Source of the DNA: Phyllobates terribilis
Lineage: Eukaryota
Reading direction: 5' to 3'
DNA length: 64,000 nt
Assembly (NCBI RefSeq): GCF_046119375.1
Contig: NW_027362764.1
Span: 134,478,001-134,542,000, forward strand
Part shown: piece by piece, positions 13,470-23,775 of the stretch
Layout: the number at the start of each line of letters is the position of its first letter
Numbering within the stretch: the first letter of the stretch is position 1
Position numbers and translations under genes: made by a program
The notes under the pieces: model-generated
What the model saw: only the letters and a program-made list of their open reading frames with translations
Databases searched by the model: none
Told to the model about the DNA's origin: nothing

Positions 13470-15990
13470 TCTATTAGTCCATCTATACTGACCTCCATCA
13501 GGTTGCAAATTAAAACTAATTTTTATCTGCATCTACAGTACCTCTGAAAAAATATTTGGGCTTCTAGCAGTGTGTGGGACTTGTTCTATTAGTCCATCTA
13601 TACTGACCTCCATCAGGTTGCAAACTGAATATATTTTTTTCTGCATCTACCTCTGAAAAAATATTGGGCTTCTAGCTGTGTGTGGGTCTTGTTCTATTAA
13701 TCCATCTATACTGACCTCCATCAGGTTGCAAACTGAATATAATTTTTTTCTGCATCTAGCTCTGAAAAAATATTTGGCCTTCTAGTAGTGTGTCGGACTT
13801 TCTCTATTAGTCCATCTATACTGACCTCCATCAGGTTGCAAATTAAAACTAATTTTTATCTGCATCTACAGTACCTCTGAAAAAATATTTGGGCTTCTAG
13901 CTGTGTGTGGGACTTGTTGTATTAGTCCATCTATACTGACCTCCATCAGGTTGCAAACTGAATATATTTTTTTCTGCATCTACCTCTGAAAAAATATTTG
14001 GCCTTCTAGTAGTGTGTCGGACTTTCTCTATTAGTCCATCTATACTGACCTCCATCAGGTTGCAAATTAAAAATAATTTTTATCTGCATCTACAGTACCT
14101 CTGAAAAAATATTTGGGCTTCTAGCTGTGTGCGGGACTTGTTGTATTAGTCCATCTATACTGACCTCCATCAGGTTGCAAACTGAATATATTTTTTTCTG
14201 CATCTACCTCTGAAAAAATATTTGGCCTTCTAGTAGTGTGTCGGACTTTCTCTATTAGTCCATCTATACTGACCTCCATCAGGTTGCAAATTAAAACTAA
14301 TTTTTATCTGCATCTACAGTACCTCTGAAAAAATATTTGGGCTTCTAGTAGTGTGTCGGACTTTCTCTATTAGTCCATCTATACTGACCTCCATCAGGTT
14401 GCAAACTGAATATAATTTTTTTCTGCATCTAGCTCTGAAAAAATATTTGGCCTTCTAGTAGTGTGTCGGACTTTCTCTATTAGTCCATCTATACTGACCT
14501 CCATCAGGTTGCAAATTAAAACTAATTTTTATCTGCATCTACAGTACCTCTGAAAAAATATTTGGGCTTCTAGCAGTGTGTGGGACTTGTTCTATTAGTC
14601 CATCTATACTGACCTCCATCAGGTTGCAAACTGAATATATTTTTTTCTGCATCTACCTCTGAAAAAATATTGGGCTTCTAGCTGTGTGTGGGTCTTGTTC
14701 TATTAATCCATCTATACTGACCTCCATCTGGTTGCAAACTGAATATATTTTTCTGCATCTACCTCTGAAAAAATATTTGGCCTTCTAGTAGTGTGTCGGA
14801 CTTTCTCTATTAGTCCATCTATACTGACCTCCATCAGGTTGCAAATTAAAACTAATTTTTATCTGCATCTACAGTACCTCTGAAAAAATATTTGGGCTTT
14901 TAGCAGTGTGTGGGACTTGTTCTATTAGTCCATCTATACTGACCTCCATCAGGTTGCAAACTGAATATATTTTTTTCTGCATCTACCTCTGAAAAAATAT
15001 TGGGCTTCTAGCTGTGTGTGGGTCTTGTTCTATTAATCCATCTATACTGACCTCCATCAGGTTGCAAACTGAATATATTTTTTTCTGCATCTACCTCTGA
15101 AAAAATATTTGGCCTTCTAGTAGTGTGTCGGACTTTCTCTATTAGTCCATCTATACTGACCTCCATCAGGTTGCAAATTAAAACTAATTTTTATCTGCAT
15201 CTACAGTACCTCTGAAAAAATATTTGGGCTTCTAGCAGTGTGTGGGACTTGTTCTATTAGTCCATCTATACTGACCTCCATCAGGTTGCAAACTGAATAT
15301 AGTTTTTTCTGCATCTACCTCTGAAAAAATATTGGGCTTCTAGCTGTGTGTGGGTCTTGTTCTATTAATCCATCTATACTGACCTCCATCAGGTTGCAAA
15401 CTGAATATATTTTTTTCTGCATCTACCTCTGAAAAAATATTTGGCCTTCTAGTAGTGTGTCGGACTTTCTCTATTAGTCCATCTATACTGACCTCCATCA
15501 GGTTGCAAATTAAAACTAATTTTTATCTACATCTACAGTACCTCTGAAAAAATATTTGGGCTTCTAGCTGTGTGTGGGACTTGTTGTATTAGTCCATCTA
15601 TACTGACCTCCATCAGGTTGCAAACTGAATATATTTTTTTCTGCATCTACCTCTGAAAAAATATTTGGCCTTCTAGTAGTGTGTCGTACTTTCTCTATTA
15701 GTCCATCTATACTGACCTCCATCAGGTTGCAAATTAAAAATAATTTTTATCTGCATCTACAGTACCTCTGAAAAAATATTTGGGCTTCTAGCTGTGTGCG
15801 GGACTTGTTGTATTAGTCCATCTATACTGACCTCCATCAGGTTGCAAACTGAATATGTTTTTTTCTGCATCTACCTCTGAAAAAATATTTGGCCTTCTAG
15901 TAGTGTGTCGGACTTTCTCTATTAGTCCATCTATACTGACCTCCATCAGGTTGCAAATTCAAAATAATTTTTTTCTGCATCTAACCCAGC
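13470..15990. repeat. Tandem array of ~22 units (107-115 bp) with higher-order organisation
   Basis: CCATCAGGTTGCA recurs every 107-115 bp; three unit variants alternate. Confidence 0.95.
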
Positions 15991-16099
15991 CAATAGTTTT
16001 GGCCTAATACCACAGTTTGGCCACTCAGCTCTGCTCGGTTACCATCCATTGTTTTTTTGTGCAAACAACTCCAGAGTTGTGAATTAGTTAACCACCAAA

Positions 16100-19000
16100 A
16101 TGAGTGGAAAAAGGCCTGCTGCTGGTGGAAAGGGGAATAGGCGTGTTGGGAAGGGGAAAAAAGGTTGTGTCCGTGGGGTAGGTGTTAAAGCAACAGTAAC
16201 ATCTGCAGAAGAAAGACCATCTTCCAGCCAAACTAAAATGTCTACTTCTTTTAGCGGACAATGTGATAAGATCCCTTTCTTACGGCCACGCCAATCGCTA
16301 CAAATTCCAGATGAGTCACAAAAACAGCAGGTGCTTCAACGGATATCAAGTGCTCCTTTAAGTGGGCTCTCCTCCACATCAACTTCAACATCACAAATAC
16401 TCCAGTCCTCAAAGGTGTCACCCAAATCGCACTTGCTTCCTCACAGCTCCCAAATCTCCAGCTGCCCGTCTGAGTATGAGGTAGAACAGATGGTTGAGTC
16501 TGCAGAGCTGTTTACTCATACTATAGCCTGGGAATCAGAGGTCGACTCCAGCGCTTCTGTGAATCCAGACGAGGAAATGATCTGCACTGATGCCCAGAAT
16601 CTTTATGAGTCGGATCCAGGACCAGACGCAGAAGGTTCTGACCATAATGTAGACCCTCATTCCCAAACTGTAACTCCTGTTGGTGGAGACAATGAGGAAG
16701 ACGATGATAAGACTCAAATACCTGATTGGAGCGACAACTTTAGTTTTTTGTCAGGGCAGGAACAGGTTGGCTCTGAGGACGACGGGTGTGATAACGCACA
16801 GGGTGATGATGATGAGGTCGGAGATCCCACTTACTGTCAACCCACAGTCAGCCAAGAGATGAGGTCAGCAGAGGAGGTGGAGGAAGATGCTAGTGACGAC
16901 GAGGTCAGGTTGCGCCTTCCTGGACAGAGACGTAGTACTGGAAGCACGTCAACAACTGCATCCTCAAACACAACTCTGCCTCTCACCACAAGTCGTGGTG
17001 GCTCTTCAGGTCGCATGGGTGCTAAGCCTTGCATAGCCTGGGCATTTTTTCAGATCGATAAAGATGACCCAACTCGTGTTATCTGTAACATTTGTCAGCA
17101 AAAGCTAAGTAGAGGCCAAAAAATACATAGTTTGAGTACTTCATGCATGAACCGGCACATGGACATGAAGCATAAGTTGCAGTGGGAAGCTCAGTGTGCT
17201 ACAATGCGGCCTAGCCGGCCGGGCCAACCACCGTCTGCCATATCTTGTGCATCCGCGGCCTCTTCATCCTCTGTGACTGGGGGGACAGCAGTCACACCTG
17301 TTTTGGGGCGCAGACCTGCCACCTCTTTACCCGCAACAGCCAGCGTGATTGGCAGGTCATCATTTTCTTTGGAGGTGGTAACACCAGCTGGTGTTGAGCG
17401 CTGTCCGACATCGATAGCACCACCTTTGGATGAAGGCAACCTAACATGTCCGCCTGCATCTTCCTCACAGACCGGCAGTTTGCCGGGGACACCCTTATCA
17501 ACCCCGTCTAAGCACAATAGCCAGCCCTCGGTCCCTCAGATGTGGACAAGTAAAAGACCATTTCCTCCTAGCCATGATAAAGCTAAGAGGTTGAATTTCA
17601 CCATCTGCAAGCTCTTGGCTACAGAAATGATGCCTTTCCGCCTGGTGGACACAGAGGATTTTCGAGACCTTATGTCCGTCGCAGTGCCCCAGTACCAGAT
17701 GCCCAGTCGGCACTACTTCTCAAAGAAAGGTGTGCCTGCGCTCCACCAGCATGTCGCACACAACATCACCGCTTCTTTGAGAAACTCTGTGTGTGACAGG
17801 GTGCATTTCACCACAGACACTTGGACGAGTAGGCATGGACAGGGGCGTTACATGTCGCTGACTGGGCACTGGGTAACTATGGTGACAGCAGGACAAGGGG
17901 CTGCTGTCCAAGTCTTGCCGTCCCCACGAGTTGTGCGTCAATCCTCTTTATGTCAAAGTTCCTCCACTGCTTCTGCCTCCTCAACCTCCTCTCGGTCTTC
18001 CACCTGCACCCAAAGCCTGTCTGGTCATGCCACAAGCTTTCTAACTGCGCAGAAGGGATCCTGCACACCTCCTTACTATGCTGGCAGTAGGGCTCAACGT
18101 CATCAGGCGGTTTTTACATTGAAATGTCTGGGAAATGTGAGTCACACAGCTGAGGAGTTGTGGTCAGCTCTGGAGAACCAATTTCATGAATGGTTGTCTC
18201 CACTGGACCTGAAACCAGGGAAGGCCGTGTGCGACAATGCTGCAAACCTGGGTGCGGCCCTTCGCCGGGGCAATGTCACACACGTGCCTTGTATGGCTCA
18301 CGTGTTGAACCTGGTTGTCCAGCAATTTTTAGCCCACTATCCCAGACTAGATGGCCTTCTGCAGAGGGCACGGTCGCTGTGTGCTCACTTCCGCCGTTCG
18401 CATCCCGCAGCTCAGCGACTTACATCTCTACAGAAGTCGTTGGGCCTGCCACTTCACCGGCTAAAATGCGATGTGCCTACCCGGTGGAATTCAACTCTGC
18501 ACATATTGCAGCGACTGTGGCAGCACCGACAAGCCCTGGTGCAATACGTTCTGACGTATAGCCTGGGCCAACGAGATTCAGAGGTGGGGCAAATCACGCT
18601 GGAGGAGTGGTCTCAGATCAGGGACCTATGCACCCTTCTGCACAGTTTTGAAATGGCGACGAAGATGTTTAGTGCTGACGATGCCATTATCAGCATGACT
18701 ATTCCGGTGATTTACATGCTGGAGCACATGTTAAACAGAATTCGGAGTCAGGTGGTGGCACAAGAGGAGGTGGAGGAAGTAGAGGAGGAGGAGTTGTATG
18801 CGGAAGGGCTAACATCTGCAAGGTCCAGAAGGTCGGCAGCACCAAGGCGGCAGGCATGTGAGGGTGGGGGAGATGGTTTTACCAGGGCGCATGGTAGCAG
18901 CCAAACTAGTGAGGAAGGTGCAGGAGCCCAGGAAGAAGTGGAGGACGAACTGATGGAAGACTCATCAGATGAGGGAGACCTTGATCACATTTCTGTTGTG

Positions 19001-19801
19001 CGAGGTTGGGGGGAGAGGACAGAGGAAGGAAGCATGATTGTTACCTCGCCACCAACACAACAGGGACTTGGTGCTCCTGGATGCGCAACACACATGAGTG
19101 CCTTCTTGCTGCACTACCTGCAACATGACCCTCGAATTGTGAGAATTAGAAATAATCCTGACTACTGGGTTGCCACACTGTTAGATCCCCGGTACAAAAG
19201 TAAATTTGCAGAAATTATTCCTGCCATAGAAAGGGATGCACGCATGCAGGAGTATCAGCAGAGACTGTTGCAGAATCTTACATGTGCTTTTCCACAAAAT
19301 ACCAGTGGTGCACGTAGTGAATCTCACAGTTCCAACTTGCCAACCGTGGGACCGTCAAGTGTTCAGCACTCAAACCGTAACAGAACCACAGTATCTGCTG
19401 GTAACATCAATTTTGCGGAATCATTTCACCACTTTTTTAGCCCATCCTTTGCAAGGCCACAGGAGACAAGAAGTCTGACACATAGTCAACGCCTAGAGAC
19501 GATGGTACAGGAGTATCTCCAAGTAAACATTGAAGCCACGACTGTGTCACTGGACCCTTGCTCTTTTTGGGCTTCCAATCTGGATAAATGGCCGGAGCTA
19601 GCCACTTACGCCTTGGAGATCTTGTCATGCCCCGCAGCCAGCGTTCTGTCTGAACGTGTGTTCAGCGCTGCTGGTGGTGTGCTGACAGATAAGCGCACGC
19701 GGCTCTCCACTGATAATGTAGACAGACTCACGTTCATAAAGATGAACAAATCATGGATCCGAAACGACTTTTCTACCCCTGTGTCATCCTGGGGAGAGTA
19801 A
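16100..19801 (+). CDS. hAT (ZBED-like) transposase, 1233 aa, uninterrupted
   Basis: BED finger (WAFF..CNIC..HMDMKH), TTDTWTS, CDNAANL, CMAHVLNL, PTRWNST, C-terminal dimerisation motif SCPAASVLSERVFSAAG. Confidence 0.95.
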   Translation: MSGKRPAAGGKGNRRVGKGKKGCVRGVGVKATVTSAEERPSSSQTKMSTSFSGQCDKIPFLRPRQSLQIPDESQKQQVLQRISSAPLSGLSSTSTSTSQILQSSKVSPKSHLLPHSSQISSCPSEYEVEQMVESAELFTHTIAWESEVDSSASVNPDEEMICTDAQNLYESDPGPDAEGSDHNVDPHSQTVTPVGGDNEEDDDKTQIPDWSDNFSFLSGQEQVGSEDDGCDNAQGDDDEVGDPTYCQPTVSQEMRSAEEVEEDASDDEVRLRLPGQRRSTGSTSTTASSNTTLPLTTSRGGSSGRMGAKPCIAWAFFQIDKDDPTRVICNICQQKLSRGQKIHSLSTSCMNRHMDMKHKLQWEAQCATMRPSRPGQPPSAISCASAASSSSVTGGTAVTPVLGRRPATSLPATASVIGRSSFSLEVVTPAGVERCPTSIAPPLDEGNLTCPPASSSQTGSLPGTPLSTPSKHNSQPSVPQMWTSKRPFPPSHDKAKRLNFTICKLLATEMMPFRLVDTEDFRDLMSVAVPQYQMPSRHYFSKKGVPALHQHVAHNITASLRNSVCDRVHFTTDTWTSRHGQGRYMSLTGHWVTMVTAGQGAAVQVLPSPRVVRQSSLCQSSSTASASSTSSRSSTCTQSLSGHATSFLTAQKGSCTPPYYAGSRAQRHQAVFTLKCLGNVSHTAEELWSALENQFHEWLSPLDLKPGKAVCDNAANLGAALRRGNVTHVPCMAHVLNLVVQQFLAHYPRLDGLLQRARSLCAHFRRSHPAAQRLTSLQKSLGLPLHRLKCDVPTRWNSTLHILQRLWQHRQALVQYVLTYSLGQRDSEVGQITLEEWSQIRDLCTLLHSFEMATKMFSADDAIISMTIPVIYMLEHMLNRIRSQVVAQEEVEEVEEEELYAEGLTSARSRRSAAPRRQACEGGGDGFTRAHGSSQTSEEGAGAQEEVEDELMEDSSDEGDLDHISVVRGWGERTEEGSMIVTSPPTQQGLGAPGCATHMSAFLLHYLQHDPRIVRIRNNPDYWVATLLDPRYKSKFAEIIPAIERDARMQEYQQRLLQNLTCAFPQNTSGARSESHSSNLPTVGPSSVQHSNRNRTTVSAGNINFAESFHHFFSPSFARPQETRSLTHSQRLETMVQEYLQVNIEATTVSLDPCSFWASNLDKWPELATYALEILSCPAASVLSERVFSAAGGVLTDKRTRLSTDNVDRLTFIKMNKSWIRNDFSTPVSSWGE

Positions 19802-20127
19802 AAGCTTGATGATTGGTTAAAATCACCCTACCAAACGTTTTAAGCTTTCAAATTACTAATCATGTTTATCTGTATCTTGACTGGAAAATAATTTGGGCTT
19901 TGTAGCAGTGTGCAGCACTGATCCTATTAGGCCATCTATAATAAGCTCCACCAGATTTAAAATTAAAAATAATTTTTAGCTGCATCTAGCCCGGAAAATA
20001 ATTTTGGGGCTCCGAGATGCGCAAGACACATAAGTGCCTTCTTGCTGCACTACCTGCAGCATGACCCTCATATTGTCAGAATTCGAAGTAATCATGACTA
20101 CTGGGTTGCCACACTCTTAGATCCCCC

Positions 20128-21500
20128 AAACTTTTCGATCAACCTTTTCATTTTAATAAAGACCAAAAAAATGGTCATTTTTGAAATTATAAGCATTAGC
20201 AGGTTGTTAGAAACTGAAATCAAACAGTTTTCAACTCAAAACTTTATTCTAGGTGATGTTACATTTTCACATAGGACCCCTTGTTCGAAAGGAGCTTCTG
20301 AACTCTCTCGTCCATTGAATTTGTCAGGTTTTGGATGGTTTCTGCTTCAATTGTTTTGCATGAGGACAGAATACCCTCCCAGAGCTGTTGCTTAGATGTG
20401 AACTGCCTCCCGCCATCATAGACACTCCTTTTAATGATGCTCCAAAGGTTCTGAATGGGGTAGAGGTCAGGGGAGCATGGGGGTCACACCATAAGTTTGT
20501 CCCCTTTTATGCCCATATCAGCCAGAGATGCAGATGTTTTATGTGCAGCATGAGATGGTGCATTATCATGCAGAAAAATGATCTTGCTGTGAAATACACG
20601 GTTCTTCTTCTTGAACCATGGCAGGAAGTGCTGTTTGAGAAAATCCACATACATTATGGAGTTCATCTTTAGCGCCTTCAGGGATCCTAAAGGGGCCGAC
20701 AATCTCTCTCCCCATGATTCCAGCCCAAAACATTACTCCACCTCCTCCTTGTTGGCGCTGTAGCCGTGTTTGCGTGGGGTGTCCATCAACCAGCCATCCT
20801 CCACTCCATCCATCTGGACCATCGAGCGCTGCACGGCACTCATCCGTGAACAAAACAGTTTTGAAATCAGTCTTCATGTAATGTTTGGCCCACTGGAGCC
20901 GTTTCTGCTTGTGTGAAGTGGATAGAGGAGGTCGACAGGATGGCGTATGCACAGCTGCAAACCTCTGAAGGACCCTGCATCTTGTTGTTCGGGGGACGTT
21001 GGAGGCACAAGCAGCTTCAAAAACTTGTCTGCTGCTATGACAAGGCTTTTTTGCCGCTGCTCTTTCAACCTGACGTAATTGCCTGTAGGAAAGAGTCCTC
21101 AATTTGCCCTTATCAGCACGCACACGTGTGTACTGTGAATCAGCTACATACTTCTTGATTGCCAAGACACTTCATCCTGATCATCGCACAATGTTGATTG
21201 TAGTCATGCCTTGACCTAAACACTTCACAATTTGTTGCTTCTCAGCAGCCGACACATCCTTTTTCTTTCCCATTTTGGCAGAAAATGTAGGCTGCTTAAT
21301 AATGTGAGAGAGCCTTCTTAAGTAGTCTTGCCTTTCATTGGACACACCTGCCAAACTAATTAGCACAGGTGTCTGCAATTGCTTACAGTGATATAAAGAG
21401 CCCTGACACACATCACCATCAATGAGTTTAACTGACAAACAAACAAATTCTTCCCTTATCACTCCTAAACACTTTTTGCATAATAATTTGGAACGCGGTG
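20128..21500 (-). mobile_element. Tc1/mariner relic inside the hAT, frameshifted transposase
   Basis: MGKKKD start, VLFTDEC, GGGGVMFWAGI, FLHDNAPSH in shifting frames; terminus CACCGCGTTCCAAATTATTATGCA next to TA at 21501-21502. Confidence 0.85.
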
Positions 21501-21599
21501 TACATGTGCTTTTCCACAAAACACCAGCGGTTCACGTAGTGAATCTTACAGTTCTAACTTGCCAACCGTGGTCTGTATGGAATTGTTCAATAAAGGGCC

Positions 21600-23398
21600 C
21601 AAAATTAAGATAACATAGATGGGAGAGGTCTCTATGAATAGGAATTCCTAAGTATTTGATACCCTGTGAGGGCCAGGCAAAGGGAAAGTTGGACTGGATG
21701 GAATCCTATATGGATTTGGGGAGGGAGACATCGAGGGCCTCAGACTTCGCTGCATTGATTTTAAAATTTTACCATGTAACAAAGTGATCTATTTCAGCCA
21801 TAACAGCATGGATGGATATATGTGATTGAGTGATATATACTAGGACATCATCAGCAAATAGAGAGCACTTGTACTCGGTGCCTCCCACCTCAATCCACCT
21901 AATATTGGGGTTATGGCGAATTGATGAGAGCAGGTGCTCCGTCACTAGGATGTATAAGAGAGGGGACAGAGGACATCCCTGCCTTGTCCCATTGGTGATT
22001 GTGAAAGGTGATGAAAATGTTCTGACGCACCCCCTGGGCCTTGGGACACCCGGAGCGGACCCTTTTTGGTGGATGCTGGTGGTTGTAGTCTTCGTGGCGG
22101 CGAACCGGTTCCGTGGCTCAGGGCGGTCAAACCAGTGGCGGAACTATTTATGTGGTTTTGATGTTTAAATGTCCGACTACGCCACCCGTGGATTGCGGTC
22201 AGAGTGAACCGCCGCTACAGGTCAGACCGCTGAGGCTGGTGTTGTGGGTGCAGCAGAGCGTAGCATAACTCCCCACAGGAGGAGTATAGCCTCAGGGCAG
22301 TGTATGCGGAGGATGGGGGTGATGGTGCAGGGCAGCAGCAGTAACGACACGGAGTCAGTGATGCAGTCCAGGGCCTTTACTCACAGTTCTTATTATCCAG
22401 ACCACGTCTGCAGGTAACGGCTGCCCACGTCGTACTGTGCTCACCAGGTGAGGGGCTCAGACAACTCCCAGATAACTTTGGAGCACTTCACAGGACCCCC
22501 TTTGTGTGTCCTTTGTCTGGCCTTTCTTACCAACACTTCTGTCCGGCTGCCTCGGTCCTCCTCTTGGTAAACTTGGCGCCAGTTTCCCTGACCCTATGTG
22601 GTGCTTTCCTAGCGGGTGTAGCGAGGGGCTGCGCCACATAAAATGTCAGTGCCTCCGGTTTCTAGCTGAGGGTCGTTTCCTGCCTCCACTAGTTTGGGGA
22701 CCGGTCTCCCCCTTTGGCCTGACCCCTCCACGCAGGTGGATTCGGGCGTGCGGTGGCGACTCGCCCGTCCGCACCCCTGGGATCCCTTCATTCCTCGTTC
22801 CTGGAGCCTTCTCCGCTCCTCTTCCTTCCTTCTCCCTCTTCCAGGCCTGGGCCTCTGTTACTAGGCCCGCCTCCGGAGCAGAGCTCATGCAGAGCCCCTG
22901 CTCCCTGCCACTTCTGCTCAGACTTCTCTGCACTGAACTAAGATGGTGCCCACCTTTTATACTCCCTTCTCAATGCACCCAGGAACTGCTTCCTCCCTGC
23001 TCCTGCACTACAGGGTTCCCCTTCCTCAGTGTTCCCTCCCCCCACTCCAGCCAGGGACAGGGACTGTCGTGCCCATCTCAGGGGCATATTGGTCGCCCTG
23101 CCCCACGGCAATGTGGTGTAATGCATGCAGGTGTCGGGTCCTGATCCACACTCCATCCTTACCTGAGAGTGAGATATCACACCTCTGGGTGAGGTGCAAT
23201 ACGTCTGTAGCAACCGAGCCCTCAGGGTGCTACAGTTCCATTTATCTTCAGCCTAGGTGACGTATTGCGATACAGGGCCGTGATTTTGGCTATAAAAGGG
23301 TCCCCTAGACCCCTACCCCAAGCTTTTTAAGAGAATCATATATGGCGTGCCAGGAGACTCTATGGAATGCTTTCTCAGCATCCAACGAGAGTATCTAA
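21600..23398 (-). pseudogene. L1-clade reverse transcriptase fragment split by a solo LTR
   Basis: Minus-strand LSLDAEKAFHRVSW (right part) joins KINGT|FSSPFTITNGTRQGCPLSPLLY...LFADDV across the LTR. Confidence 0.85.
22023..23234 (-). mobile_element. Solo LTR, family X
   Basis: Family termini on the minus strand; TSD GTTC at 22019-22022 and 23235-23238. Confidence 0.9.
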
Positions 23399-23504
23399 TT
23401 ACAAATTTTTAACTGCATCTAGCCCAGGAAATACTTTGTGCCTAGTAGCAGTGTCTGCTAGTCAGCGGATTATCCCGGCTGTTAAGCAAGCTACACCACC
23501 TGTA

Positions 23505-23775
23505 GTTTAGACACTTAATTTTTTCAAAGGAAATGCTTCGGGACCATGGGATACTCAGTGAAGAGCATCAGGAGGCACCCCAAGGCATAGGGGCTGGGAC
23601 TGGCAGTAGGATGCCATGCGGTGGACAGCCGAGCTCGATCCTTATAAAAGCTTTTTAACTGCAGCAGCTTTAGTGGACGCTACTGGAGCTGGAATTACGC
23701 GGCTGCTGGCATGAGACTTGCCCTCCAATAGATCCTTGTAAATGGATTTAAAGTGTATTCATTCAAATTAGAGAG
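23505..23775 (-). pseudogene. Diverged 18S rRNA fragment (helix-18/V4 region)
   Basis: GCTTTTTAACTGCAGC...GGAGCTGGAATTAC(C)GCGGCTGCTGGC..AGACTTGCCCTCCAAT.GATCCT...GGATTTAAAGTG is the reverse complement of a conserved eukaryotic 18S segment; similarity continues to TAATTTTTTCAAAG.AAA.GCTTCGGG. Confidence 0.85.

Noticed and set aside
13470-15990. CRISPR-like array
   Set aside because: The inter-repeat segments are variants of each other, not unique spacers; eukaryotic transposon context
16100-19801. Host ZBED1/ZBED4 gene
   Set aside because: Enclosed by TIRs and an exact 8-bp TSD
23505-23775. Functional rRNA gene
   Set aside because: Only ~270 bp, with indels in conserved motifs and no flanking rDNA
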